NCBI GenBank assembly: GCA_963707025.1
Contig: CAVPOM010000007.1
Span: 320,001-384,000 of the forward strand
Direction of reading: 5' to 3'
DNA from: an uncultured Verrucomicrobiae bacterium
GTDB taxonomy: Bacteria > Verrucomicrobiota > Verrucomicrobiia > Limisphaerales > Palsa-1400
DNA: 64,000 nucleotides
The notes beneath the pieces were generated by a model, which worked only from the letters and a program-made list of their open reading frames with translations, was not told the origin of the DNA and ran no database searches. A program made the translations under genes and the position numbers. This document shows positions 1 through 10,482 of the stretch, one piece after another (the first letter of the stretch is position 1; every line of letters starts with the position of its first letter).

Positions 1-297
1 AAGAAATCCGGCCTGCCCCTCGCCTGCTTCGGCCACGCGGGCGACGGCAACATCCATGTCAACCTCATGTATGACCCAAGCTGGCCGCGCGCCCAGTCCC
101 GCAGCCGGGCTGTGCAGGACGAATTGTTCCGGCAGGTGGTGGCGTGGGGTGGGGCCATCACCGGCGAGCACGGCATTGGCCTGGCCAAAAAGCCGTGGTG
201 GACCCTGGCCGCGTCCCCGGCGCTGCGCTTGCTGCACCGGCGGATCAAGAAAAGCCTGGATCCAAAGCGTGTTTTGAATCCAGGCAAGTTCGTTTGA
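1..297 (+). CDS. FAD-linked oxidase (GlcD/D-lactate dehydrogenase family), C-terminal part, truncated by the window edge
   Basis: Frame 1 reads FGHAGDGNIHVN...ITGEHGIG..K...LNPGK, the conserved FAD-oxidase C-terminal motifs. Confidence 0.9.
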   Translation, partial: KKSGLPLACFGHAGDGNIHVNLMYDPSWPRAQSRSRAVQDELFRQVVAWGGAITGEHGIGLAKKPWWTLAASPALRLLHRRIKKSLDPKRVLNPGKFV

Positions 298-312
298 GCA
301 GACGGGCGCGTG

Positions 313-330
313 CCTCCGCCGGCGCGGAGG
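313..330. terminator. GC-rich hairpin between convergent genes, possible terminator
   Basis: cctccgc-cggc-gcggagg 7-bp stem; no strong U tract. Confidence 0.35.
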
Positions 331-350
331 TTCAGAGATTTGACGAAAAA

Positions 351-719
351 TCAGCGATACCCGCCGCCGCCGCCGCCGCCGCCCCGCCGGTCTCCCCCCC
401 CGCCGCGATACCCGCCGCCGCCCCCGCCACGATAGCCGCCGCCGCCGCCGCCGCCGCCGGGAGGACGTTCTTCACGAGGCCGGGCTTCATTGACGGTCAA
501 GGGGCGACCCTGAAAGTCTTTGGAGTGGAACATTTGGATCGCCTTTTCCGCGTCTTCCTTGGAAGACATTTCGATGAAGGCAAAACCGCGGGAACGCCCC
601 GTCATCCGGTCTTGCATGATGTTAACCGACACCACAACGCCCGCTTGCGCGAAATGATCTTGCAAGTCGTTTTCTGTGGCCGTGAAGGTTAGATTACCGA
701 CGAATAGTTTTGCTGACAT
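351..719 (-). CDS. RRM-domain RNA-binding protein with Gly/Arg-rich tail
   Basis: RNP2 LFVGNL, RNP1 RGFAFIEM, C-terminal GGGGYR repeats. Confidence 0.95.
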   Translation of the reverse strand: MSAKLFVGNLTFTATENDLQDHFAQAGVVVSVNIMQDRMTGRSRGFAFIEMSSKEDAEKAIQMFHSKDFQGRPLTVNEARPREERPPGGGGGGGGYRGGGGGGYRGGGGDRRGGGGGGGGYR

Positions 720-914
720 ATGACTTTACTGTTTACCCATTTCAGTGTGTGTCGCGCGGTTCCCCGTGCAGGGCATTATTAAACCGAACGTTCGGCTTCG
801 GGCTATAAGCTGAATGGCGCGACCTTAAGAACAATCCCGCTGTTTAGCAACCAAAAAATGGCCGCAAAACAAACCATTAGAGCCTGTTGAATCATTAGCC
901 ATCAATTTGGGGCC

Positions 915-2348
915 TTATCCTTCCGCGCCGCCCGCTTCGCTCTCCTTGCCCTTGACGCCGTATTCGTTGAGCTTGTTGCGCAGGGTGCGGATGCTGATGC
1001 CCAGGACCTTGGCGGCATGGGTGCGGTTTTGGCGGGTCTTTTCCAGCGCGGCCAGGATGTGGTGCTTCTCCACTTCGGCCAGGGAAACCAATTCGCCGCC
1101 TTCGGCCGGCGGGGAGGACGGGGCGGCCGGGGCGAACGGGTTGGACGGAGGCAAGGGCGCGGCCGGCGCGGCAGCGCCGGAGCCGGTGAATCCGAGGTGT
1201 TCAGGTTCCAACAAGCCGGCATCGCCACAGAGGATGACGGCGCGCTCGATGACGTTCTGCAGTTCGCGCACGTTGCCGGGCCAGTGGTGGGCTTCCAGGG
1301 CGGCCAGGGTCGGGTCGGCCAGGCCATGCACGCGCACGCCGTGTTTGCGGGCATAGCGGGGCATGAATTGATGGGCCAGGAAAGCGATGTCCTCCTTGTG
1401 CTCGCGCAGCGGGGCCACATGAATGGGGACGACATTGAGGCGGAAGAAAAGGTCCTGGCGGAATTCCTTGCGCTCGACGCTTTCTTCCAGACGGCGGTTG
1501 GTGGTGGCGATGACGCGCACGTCCACCTTGATGGTGCGGTTGCCGCCGACCCGTTCCAGTTCGCGTTCCTGGAGGACGCGCAGGAGCTTGGCCTGGAGCT
1601 GGGGTGGAATTTCGCTGATTTCGTCGAGCAGGATGGTGCCGTTGTGGGCCAGCTCGAAGCGGCCTTCGCGCTTGGAAACCGCGCCGGTGAACGCGCCCTT
1701 CTCGTGGCCGAAAAACTCGCTTTCAATCAAATTCTCCGGCACGGCGGCGCAATTGACCCTGATGAACGGGGCGCTGGCCCGCGGGCTTTGCCGGTAAAGC
1801 GCCCGCGCCACCAGTTCCTTGCCGGTCCCGCTTTCCCCGGCAATCAAGACGGTGGCCTGGGTGCGGGCGACCTTGCGGATCAACTGGCGCAATTGTTCCA
1901 GGGCCTGGCTCTTGCCGAGCAACTCAAAGCCGGTTTCATCCACCTCGGCGTGGTTGAAATACTGGTTGACCTTGAGGAGCTGGTTGAAGTTCTCCGCCTT
2001 TTTCAGGACCACTTGCAATTGGTCGGAGGAAAAGGGCTTGAGCATGTAGTCGAAGGCGCCGTTGCGCATGCACTCCACGGCCGATTCGACCGAGCCGAAA
2101 CCGGTGACGATGACGACCAGGGGCTTTTGCGGCTGGGACTGGAGTTCGCGCAACAGGTCGGTGCCTTCGCCGTCGGGCAGGCGGACATCGAGGAAAACCA
2201 GGTCGAAGGTGTCGCGCTCCATCAACTCGCGCACGCCGGCCAGGGTGCCGCTGACGGCGACTTCGTAACGCTGCTGGCGCAGTTGTTGTTCCAGGTTGCG
2301 GCGGACGATCAGATCGTCCTCCACCACAATAATCTTATCAATCGGCAT
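915..2348 (-). CDS. Sigma-54-dependent response regulator (REC-AAA+-Fis HTH, NtrC/FlgR-like)
   Basis: Receiver domain, GESGTGKE Walker [18 protein letters not shown]-terminal HTH. Confidence 0.95.
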   Translation of the reverse strand: MPIDKIIVVEDDLIVRRNLEQQLRQQRYEVAVSGTLAGVRELMERDTFDLVFLDVRLPDGEGTDLLRELQSQPQKPLVVIVTGFGSVESAVECMRNGAFDYMLKPFSSDQLQVVLKKAENFNQLLKVNQYFNHAEVDETGFELLGKSQALEQLRQLIRKVARTQATVLIAGESGTGKELVARALYRQSPRASAPFIRVNCAAVPENLIESEFFGHEKGAFTGAVSKREGRFELAHNGTILLDEISEIPPQLQAKLLRVLQERELERVGGNRTIKVDVRVIATTNRRLEESVERKEFRQDLFFRLNVVPIHVAPLREHKEDIAFLAHQFMPRYARKHGVRVHGLADPTLAALEAHHWPGNVRELQNVIERAVILCGDAGLLEPEHLGFTGSGAAAPAAPLPPSNPFAPAAPSSPPAEGGELVSLAEVEKHHILAALEKTRQNRTHAAKVLGISIRTLRNKLNEYGVKGKESEAGGAEG

Positions 2349-2360
2349 GTCGGAGAAAGC

Positions 2361-2780
2361 TCACGACGTGCATTGGCGGCGGTAAAGTTCGGCGACGAAG
2401 TGCGGGCGCTGCCGGTTAACGGAGGGCAGTTGGCGGGGCGGGACCAGCCCGCGGCGGAGCAAACCCTGCTCGTTTTCGCGGTCAAGAAGAATGAACTTCA
2501 TGGCCAGATCCTGGTTTCTGCGCAGGAGCGGGCCGACCTCCGGCTGGCGCGCGCGTTCGTCGGAACTTAAGCTTTGCCATTTCACACGGTGCTTTCGCAG
2601 GCTATCTAGCGTCTGATTGAGGCGGGGAAGCAAGTTCTTTTTTAGCTGGCAGAATTCAAAGAGGGAGGGCTGGTCGGAGCGGCGCAGGGCCTGCGCCTCC
2701 CCTTCGGCGATGGCGAGCAGCTCCCGGCACACGGCCAGATGGGTGTTGAGTTCTTCGACGAGGTCCGGGTTGGTTGGCAT
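2361..2780 (-). CDS. Small helical protein, FlgN-like flagellar chaperone (tentative)
   Basis: 139-aa helical ORF co-oriented with the sigma-54 regulator; family assignment by resemblance only. Confidence 0.45.
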   Translation of the reverse strand: MPTNPDLVEELNTHLAVCRELLAIAEGEAQALRRSDQPSLFEFCQLKKNLLPRLNQTLDSLRKHRVKWQSLSSDERARQPEVGPLLRRNQDLAMKFILLDRENEQGLLRRGLVPPRQLPSVNRQRPHFVAELYRRQCTS

Positions 2781-2816
2781 GGTGAAAGGAGTCGAGGGTG
2801 AATGATCCAGGGTGTT

Positions 2817-4269
2817 TCAAGGCAGCGCCACGAGGGGCGCGTTGGTCGGTTCCGGCGGTCGCAGGGCCAGGTTGCTCAATCTGGCTTTCTGCATCCAGGC
2901 GACGTAATCCTTGCGCCACTGGGCCATCTCCAGCAGCAAGGCGAGGGTGGGTGTGTTGTTGCCTGGGCTGAGTTCCTTTTGGCGGTCCAGGATGCGCGTG
3001 TAAGTGTCGGTGGCCTTCTGCCACTGCTGCAACTGCTCATAAACCATGCCCACCTGGTACCAAACCGGCACCTGCCAGGCCGCGGATTGATCCAGTTCCG
3101 CCAGGCTGAGATAGATTTCCAAGGCGTTGAGGTAGTCCCCTTCCTTGTAGAGCTGGTTGGCGATTTCGTTGCCGGCGCGCCGCTGCCAGTAAGCCCAGGT
3201 TTCGGGGTCCTTGTTCACATTCTCCTGCGCGGACTGGAGGAGGAGGAGAACCTGCTGCAGAGCCTCGGCATTGCGCCCCGTGCTCTTGAGGGCGCTGGCC
3301 AGGAGGAAGCGGACTTCGGGCAGGTTGGACGATTTGGGAAACCGGGTCAGGAAGGACTGGGCTTTGCCGATGGTCTCGACGTGGTTGGTGAGATTGGACA
3401 GGGAGCGGATCAACTTCCATTCCAACTGCTCCCGGTTGGCCTCCCCGTCCCCGCTCTTGAGAATGCGGTTGAAAAAGTCCGCCGCCTCCTCGAACTTGGC
3501 GTCCAGATAATAAGTGTCGGCGATTTCGGTCTGCGCCTGCACGACCAGGTTTTTATAGTACGCCAGGTTGTCCAGTTTCAATTTCAAGGCGCTGGACATG
3601 ACCGCGTAAAACTTGGAGATGGCGAACGCATCCACGCCCATCTTGCGGTAAAGCAGCCCCTGCCGCAGCAGCACGTCCGGCACGGTCGGGTCCTCGGAAT
3701 AAACGTGAAGATACTGCGACCAAATCTGCTGGGCCGGGCGGCTGCTCGTCGTCCTGCATGACCAGCGCCAGCTCGAACAAGGCCTGGCGCTGCAGGGCGG
3801 GCGGGGCGTTGGTATTGAGGATGCCTTCCAGAATTTGCGCCGCGCCCCTGAAGACTTTATTGTGCCGTTGCTGCCGGGCCAGTTCCAGGTTGATTTCAAG
3901 TTCCGCGTCGGGCGCCGGCTCATTGGTCACGGCCGCCTGGGGGGAGTTGGGGTCCGCCGGCGCCGGCTGGCCGGGCGCGGCGGCCGGGGCCGCGTTGGTG
4001 GCCGCAGGCGCGGCCTGGCTGGTCGCGGCCTGGCTGGCCACGGCTTGGTTGGTCGCGGCTTGGTTGGTTGCGGCTTGGTTGGTTGTGGCTTGGCTGGCCA
4101 CGGCCTGGTTGGTCGCGGCCTGGTTGGTCGCGGCCTGGCTGGCCACGGCTTGGGGCGCGGCCGCCTTGTCCGCACCGCTTGAATTTGTATCTGACACACC
4201 GGCCAGACCCGCCGGCGCCAGACCGGCGATTGCGCAGCAGAAAAGGAAATGACAGGTCCGGCGTTTCAT
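2817..4269 (-). CDS. Secreted TPR-repeat protein, split by a frameshift near 3730-3742
   Basis: Signal peptide and low-complexity linker in ORF 3553-4269; TPR-like helices continue in ORF 2817-3923. Confidence 0.75.
4010..4153 (-). repeat. 15-bp coding tandem repeat (about 9.5 units) encoding AATNQ/AVASQ
   Basis: Units such as gcggcctggttggtc / gcggcctggctggcc repeated in register. Confidence 0.9.
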
Positions 4270-4281
4270 GCGGTGGCGGCT

Positions 4282-4767
4282 CTATTTGGGTTGGGTGGAA
4301 TAAGTCGCCGTGCTGGAGGCGGGTTTTGACCCCGCCGGGGGCGCGAAGTCCACCGGGGCGATGACCCCGCCGACCGTGCCGTTGGTTGACCGGTTGAAAT
4401 ACTTGAGGAGCATTTGCGGGGAAATCATCGGCTCGGACCCGGAGGGACTTGCGTCCGGCCCGGTCGGGCTGTTCGTGGCCGCCGGGAGCACGGGGGCGGA
4501 GGATGGGGCGGCGGCGGGCGGGGCCGTTTTGGATGCAGTGACCACGGCGGCGGGCGGCGTGGATGGGGCGGACCGCGGCGTGGACGGAGGCGGATCGGGC
4601 GGCGGGAGGGGCATTCGCACCAAGTCGGCGACGGACGGGGCGGCGGGGCGGAAGCGCAAGGCGGCAGGGCCAATGACCGGCAAATAACCGGGATTGGCCG
4701 AAACGCCGAAGGCGAGGCCCAGCAATGCGGCCCCCACTTCGGCCCAATGGCGCAAACGTCCAAACAT
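4282..4767 (-). CDS. Pro-rich hypothetical protein with N-terminal hydrophobic segment
   Basis: Co-oriented ORF directly upstream of the TPR gene; start uncertain. Confidence 0.55.
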   Translation of the reverse strand: MFGRLRHWAEVGAALLGLAFGVSANPGYLPVIGPAALRFRPAAPSVADLVRMPLPPPDPPPSTPRSAPSTPPAAVVTASKTAPPAAAPSSAPVLPAATNSPTGPDASPSGSEPMISPQMLLKYFNRSTNGTVGGVIAPVDFAPPAGSKPASSTATYSTQPK

Positions 4768-5090
4768 CAAGAATTGCTCCTGTTCAGTCACACACCTTAT
4801 CGGCGGTCCCGGCAAAAACTTGAGGCGGGGACCGGATCGTTGCCGGCATCAAGGCCGGCCACCGCGAAGTTCCGGAGCTTGTTGAAATGCCGTGAAGGTT
4901 TTGAGGCTCGAGTCATCGAATAATCTTTGATGCAACCTGCCCCCTGCGGATGTTGACATTCCATTTTGTCCCGCCGCCGTGTCGCGCCGAAGCCAGGCGA
5001 AGGCACCAGCCTGGCGGCGGCGGAAGCGGCGCGACGGCGGGCGCGGCAACCCCGCCAGCCCAATCGCCCCGCGCCAGGCAGAAACTCGGC

Positions 5091-5117
5091 TAAACCTTTG
5101 GGCCGTCCTTCCGATAA
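5091..5117 (+). promoter_or_regulatory. Sigma-28 (FliA)-type promoter
   Basis: TAAA-N15-TCCGATAA versus consensus TAAA-N15-GCCGATAA, directly before the ATG at 5122. Confidence 0.6.
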
Positions 5118-5121
5118 GGAA

Positions 5122-6042
5122 ATGATGATTTCGCTGTCAAATTGGCCGAGGTTGGCGTGCCGTCCTTTGGATCACAAACAAATCGAGTCCCGCCTCAACG
5201 GCGCGGCCTGTCTGCCCTCGCTGGGCAGCATAGAAAACGCATTAAAGGAACTTTTAAGCGCCGACCAGCGTTACACGACGCAGATCGCCGAAATCATCCG
5301 CCGCGACCCCAGCCTCACCTCCCGCCTCTTGCACCTTGTCAATTCCGTCTATTACGGGCTGGCCAATCCGATCAAAAACATCGAGGAGGCCGTTTTTTTC
5401 CTGGGGGTTCGCCAAATCCGCCAACTGGCCATGGTCACTCCCATCATCGAAGATTTCCAGAAACTGACCCAGGACCGGCGCTTTCCCTGGCGGCAATTCT
5501 GGCGCCATTGCATCGGCACGGCCCTGATGACGAGGGAACTGGTGGACCTGGTCAAATCGCCCGAAGGGGAGAGCGATTACGTTTCCGGCCTGATCCATGA
5601 CGTGGGCAAAATCGTCATGTCCTCGGTTTTCCCCGAGCACTTCCATGCCATTTATTATGCCGAGCCGGACCAAGGCGGCGACCTGGTGGAGATGGAAAAG
5701 GAAATCCTTGGGATGGACCACGCCCAACTGGGCGCCCTTTACCTGCAAAAGCAACGTCTGCCGGACATCTTTATCCAAGTCACCCGATTTCATCATGATC
5801 CCGCTCAGACGCCCAGCCACGGCAAAACGGTGGCGGCGGTGCAAGTGGCCGACCTGATGATCCGCCACACCAAAATTGGGGACAGCGGCAACCACGCCGA
5901 AGTGGCGCAGGACAGTTGGATGGCGTCGGCCGGATGGGAAATCCTGTTTGCCGGGCAAAGCGACGGCGAACAAACCATTGCCGTGGCCAGCCTGAGCCGG
6001 AGCCTGGCCCGGATTCCCGCCATCCTGGAAAGCATTCTGTAA
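5122..6042 (+). CDS. HDOD-domain signal transduction protein
   Basis: LPSL..., IRRDPSLTSRLLHLVNS, FWRHC, GLIHDVGK, LGMDHAQLG, FHH. Confidence 0.9.
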   Translation: MMISLSNWPRLACRPLDHKQIESRLNGAACLPSLGSIENALKELLSADQRYTTQIAEIIRRDPSLTSRLLHLVNSVYYGLANPIKNIEEAVFFLGVRQIRQLAMVTPIIEDFQKLTQDRRFPWRQFWRHCIGTALMTRELVDLVKSPEGESDYVSGLIHDVGKIVMSSVFPEHFHAIYYAEPDQGGDLVEMEKEILGMDHAQLGALYLQKQRLPDIFIQVTRFHHDPAQTPSHGKTVAAVQVADLMIRHTKIGDSGNHAEVAQDSWMASAGWEILFAGQSDGEQTIAVASLSRSLARIPAILESIL

Positions 6043-6065
6043 GGACCCACCGCGAGGTGCCAATT

Positions 6066-7927
6066 GTGAGCGCCACCCATCCTTATCGAACGCTGATCAT
6101 TGACGACGACCCGTGCGTGCATCAAGTCTTCGCCAACATGCTGTCGCGGGAATTCATCCACTCCGCCCACTCCCAGCCCGCCGGCCTGGCCCTGCCGGGC
6201 GAAGCCTTTCCCAACGCCCAATTCCCCGTCTTTGAAGTGGATTCGGCCTTTGGCGGGGAGCAGGGGCTGGCCTGCGTGCAAAAGGCCCTGGCGGAAAAAA
6301 GGCCCTACACCATGGCCTTCGTGGACATGCGTATGCAATCGGGCTGGAACGGCATCGAAACCATCGGCCACATTTGGCGCGAATGCGCCGATTTGCAGAT
6401 CATCATCTGCACGGCCCACACCGATTTCACCTGGCATGACATCATCAAGCGCTTCGGCCACACCGACCGGCTGCTCACGCTGAAGAAGCCCTTTAATGTC
6501 ATGGACTTGCGCCAGATGGCCTACGCCCTGGCCGAAAAATGGAACCTTTTCAACCAGGCCAAAAGCCACCTGGAGCGCCTGCAAAAGCTCGTGGCCGAGC
6601 GCACCGCCAAGTTGCAGGAGAGCAACGAGTCGCTCCAGCACAAAATCGCCCAATATAAAAAGGCCCAGGAGGATCTGCGCCGGCAACGGGACTATAACGA
6701 CGAGATCATCAAGGGAACTCCCGCCATGGTGGCCGGCATAGCCCCCTCCGGCCTGGCCACCTTCGTCAACCCCTCGGTCTGCAAACACACCGGCTGTCTC
6801 CCCGGTGAAATCATCGGCCGGGACTGGTGGCGCCTCTTTTATCCCGGCCCGGAATACCGCCAGGTCGAACACCTCTTCTCCCTCCTCCAACACGGCCCGG
6901 TGCGCGACTATGAAATGGTCCTGACCACCAAGGGGGGGACAAACGCACTGTCAACTGGAATTTCTTCAACAAATGCGACGAGACCGGCCAGCCGGCCGAA
7001 CTGATCGGCTTTGGCAACAACGTCACCGAACAAAAGCAGGCCGAGCAGGGGCGGCGCATGATGGAAATCCAGCTCCGCCACGCCCAGAAACTGGAATCCG
7101 TCGGGCAACTGGCCGCCGGCATCGCCCATGAGATCAACACCCCCACGCAGTACATCGGCGACAACATCCGCTTTTTGCAACAATCCTTCGCCCGGATGGC
7201 GCCGCTGCTCCGCCAGCACGAGCGCCTCCTCGCCGCCATCCAGGCCAACGCCGCCACGCCGGAACTGGTCGCCGGGCTGGAAGAAGCCCTGCGCGAATGC
7301 GATCTGAATTTTCTCATCGCGGAAACGCCCCGGGCCATCGAACAATCCCTGGAAGGAGTCCACAGCGTCACCCGCATTGTCCACTCCATGAAGGATTTTT
7401 CCCATCCTGGCAGCGGCGAAAAAATCCCGATTGACCTCAACCAGACGGTGGAAAGCACCCTGGTGGTGGCGGCCAACGAATGGAAGTACGTCGCCAACCT
7501 GGTCAAGGACTTCCAGCCCGACCTGCCGCGCGTCCTCTGCCTGCCCGGTGAACTCAACCAGGTGATTCTCAACCTGGTCGTCAATGCCGCGCACGCCATC
7601 GCCGGCGTCATTGGCGGAGAGCCCCGCCAAAAAGGCACCATCACCATTGCCACGCGGCGCGACGGCGACTGGGCTGAAATTCAAGTGGCCGACACCGGCA
7701 CCGGCATACCGGAGGCCATCCGGGACAAAGTGTTTGATCCCTTTTTCACCACCCGGCCCGTGGGCGAGGGCTCCGGCCAGGGCCTGGCCATCGCCCGCAA
7801 CGTCATCGTAGGTCGCCACAATGGCACGCTGACCTTTCAAACCCAGGACGGCATCGGGACGGTCTTCACCATCCGGCTGCCGATCCATCCCGTCCCGTCC
7901 GCCCAGCCAGAGGAGAAAGCGGCATGA
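6066..7927 (+). CDS. Hybrid sensor histidine kinase (REC-PAS-HisKA-HATPase), frameshift in the G run at 6932-6938
   Basis: Adding one G gives ...TKGGDKRTVNWN...NVTEQKQAE..., running into the H-box AHEINTP and the N/G boxes. Confidence 0.85.
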
Positions 7928-9120
7928 AAAAAATTCTATTCGTGGACGACGAACCGAACGTCCTTTCCGCCATCCAGCGCCAACTGCACCAGCGCTTTGA
8001 AGTGCAAACCGCCGTCGGCCCCTTGGCCGGCCTGGAGGCCCTGCAACATGGGCGCGACTACTCCGTCGTGGTGGCCGACATGGGCATGCCCAAAATGAGC
8101 GGCGTGGAATTCCTGGCCAAAGCCTGCGAAATGGCCCCCAACGTCGTGCGCGTCATGCTCACCGGCTACCTCAACCAATCCACCGCCGTCGAAGCCATCA
8201 ATCAAGGGAGCATTTTCCGTTTCCTCAACAAACCCTGTTCCACGGAAAAACTGGTCCAAACCCTCGAAGCCGCCGTCGCCCAGCACAACCTGATCACCGC
8301 CGAGCACGATCTGCTGGAAAACACCCTGGGGGGCAGCCTGAAAATCCTCTCCGAAATCCTGGCCCTGGCCGAGCCAAAGGCCTTCGGCCAGGCCGAGGCC
8401 CTGCGCGACGCCATCCGCCTGTTCGCCGGCGCGTTGAACCTGACCCCGACCTGGTACTTTGAAGCCGCCGCCCTGCTCTGCCAAATCGGCTCGGTCACCA
8501 TTCCGCCCGAACTGGTTCTCAAATCCCGCCTGGGCCACGCCTTGAGCGCCGGGGAAAAAGAAATTTTCAACCAAATCCCGGCGGTGGGCAGCAGCCTGCT
8601 CGCCCAGATTCCGCGCCTGGAAGGCGTGGCCCGCGCCATCCTCTACCAGAACAAAAACTTCGACGGCAGCGGTTTTCCCGAGGACAGCGTGGCCGGCGAA
8701 GCCATCCCCGTGGGCGCGCGCATGTTAAGAATTCTAGTTGACCTTGCGCGGCTTGAGTCGGGCGGCCTGGCCCGCCGGGCTGCCCTCCAGCAACTGCGCA
8801 CCCGCACCGGCTGGTACGATCCGCGCCTCCTCGAGGCCTTGGAGCACAGCCCGGGCGCCGCCGCGGCGCCGTCGGGGGATCCGGCCATCGCCGCCGCCAC
8901 GGTGGCCTTTACCGATCTGCGGGTGGGCCACGTCCTGCGCAGCAATTTGGAAACCAAAGGCAACATGCTGCTGGTGACGGCGGGAAACAAGATCACCCCC
9001 ATGCTGATGCATCGTCTGCGCAATTTCTCCTCCCTCTACGGCATCCAGGAACCCATTTACATCGAGGAAACCGGCACCACCTTCTTCACCCGCTCCGAGC
9101 CAAAGCCCGCCAAGGCATAG
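7924..9120 (+). CDS. Response regulator with degenerate HD-GYP-like output domain
   Basis: REC domain ILFVDDE; NFDGSGFP...IPVGAR; ATGA overlap with the kinase. Confidence 0.85.
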   Translation: MKKILFVDDEPNVLSAIQRQLHQRFEVQTAVGPLAGLEALQHGRDYSVVVADMGMPKMSGVEFLAKACEMAPNVVRVMLTGYLNQSTAVEAINQGSIFRFLNKPCSTEKLVQTLEAAVAQHNLITAEHDLLENTLGGSLKILSEILALAEPKAFGQAEALRDAIRLFAGALNLTPTWYFEAAALLCQIGSVTIPPELVLKSRLGHALSAGEKEIFNQIPAVGSSLLAQIPRLEGVARAILYQNKNFDGSGFPEDSVAGEAIPVGARMLRILVDLARLESGGLARRAALQQLRTRTGWYDPRLLEALEHSPGAAAAPSGDPAIAAATVAFTDLRVGHVLRSNLETKGNMLLVTAGNKITPMLMHRLRNFSSLYGIQEPIYIEETGTTFFTRSEPKPAKA

Positions 9121-9269
9121 ACGCCATGACCGCTTAAGGTCCTGCCCGCCCCACCTCTCCCGGTCCAGCCAAAACAGACCTATGGCGGGCCGGCTTGCCT
9201 TTGCAGAATTGAACCATCGTCCATGGCGCAGGCGCGCCAGGCCGCGGAAGCAAGCTCAGCTCTGCGGCG

Positions 9270-9857
9270 CTACCGGCTCGTCCCGTCCTTGAGATTTTTG
9301 TTTTCCACGAAAACCAGCGAGGCCGAATTCAGGCAGAAACGAAGGCCGGTCGGACGCGGGCCATCCTCGAAAACATGGCCCAAGTGCGCGTCACAGCGCG
9401 CGCAAAGAATTTCCGTGCGCTGGCCATCCCGGTCCGGCTGGGTCACGACATTTTCCCTGGCGACAGGCTGGAAAAAACTCGGCCAGCCGGTGCCCGAATC
9501 AAACTTCGCCGCGGAGGTGAACAGCGGCAGCCCGCAACAAACGCACTCATAAACCCCCGGCTTGTGCAGGTCGAAAAACGCGCCGCAAAAGGCCGGTTCG
9601 GTGCCTTTGCGGCGCGCGATGGCGTACTGCTCGGCGGTCAATTGTTTCTTCCATTCGGCGTCTGTCTTCACGACCTTGGCCGTGGAGGTCAGCGGGCCGG
9701 GCACCCCTTTTTCATCCAAAAAGCGCACTTGAATCATGGTGATTGGGTTGGCAGTTGAAGTTCGGGCCTCCACGGCGGGATCCCCATCGGTGCAGCCCGT
9801 TTGAGCCGTCACCAGGAGAGCCGCCGCGACAACGGTTCTCAGGCTGAACGTGTCCAT
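9270..9857 (-). CDS. msrB: Peptide methionine-R-sulfoxide reductase, exported
   Basis: GTEPAF, KFDSGTGWPSF, HLGHVF.DGP..TGLRFCLNS; N-terminal signal peptide. Confidence 0.95.
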   Translation of the reverse strand: MDTFSLRTVVAAALLVTAQTGCTDGDPAVEARTSTANPITMIQVRFLDEKGVPGPLTSTAKVVKTDAEWKKQLTAEQYAIARRKGTEPAFCGAFFDLHKPGVYECVCCGLPLFTSAAKFDSGTGWPSFFQPVARENVVTQPDRDGQRTEILCARCDAHLGHVFEDGPRPTGLRFCLNSASLVFVENKNLKDGTSR

Positions 9858-10040
9858 TACGCTTGATTATACACCGTCTCCGGGAATGTTCAAGCCGGGC
9901 GAACTCAATTTTCCGCCGCCTTTGGTCCCCGGCGGCCGGACATTGAAGTTCGCGCCTGGTTAATTTCCTGTTTGCATGGGGCGGCATTCTGCTTTAGATT
10001 GCCTGGCAAGCGCAGTTAATTTAGAACAGTTGCAAAGTTA

Positions 10041-10445
10041 ATGAAAAGGCATCCACGCATTTCGCCCGCGGAATGGCAGGTGATGAAAATTATTTGGGCC
10101 GGATCCCCGATTTTGGCCCGCCAAGTCATCGCCCGGCTGGCCGTCCGTCGAAATTGGCATGCCAAAACCATCCGCACGCTCCTGGCGCGGCTGGTCAAGA
10201 AGCGCGTCATCAGTTTCCAGAAGCAAGGCCGCGCCTACCTCTACCGGCCCCTGCTCCAGGAGGCCGATTGTGTCCGGGCGGAGAGCCAGTCGTTTCTGGA
10301 CAGGATCTTTGACGGCGCCCTGGTGCCGATGCTCGCCCATTTCCTCGAAGGCCGGGAGATTTCCGATTCGCAAAGGCGCGAACTCAGGCTTTTGCTCGAG
10401 GCGAAAAAGGAAGCGGCCGGACGCAGGTTTGAACTTTCCTTCTGA
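10041..10445 (+). CDS. BlaI/MecI/CopY-family transcriptional repressor
   Basis: ISPAEWQVMKIIW...W..KTIRTLLARLVKK...GRAYLYRP. Confidence 0.9.
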   Translation: MKRHPRISPAEWQVMKIIWAGSPILARQVIARLAVRRNWHAKTIRTLLARLVKKRVISFQKQGRAYLYRPLLQEADCVRAESQSFLDRIFDGALVPMLAHFLEGREISDSQRRELRLLLEAKKEAAGRRFELSF

Positions 10446-10482
10446 AAGTCCAACTGTTACACCTGAAGCTCCTGGAACCTTT

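Noticed and set aside
4010..4153. Possible CRISPR array
   Set aside because: Contiguous 15-bp coding repeat with no spacers and no cas genes
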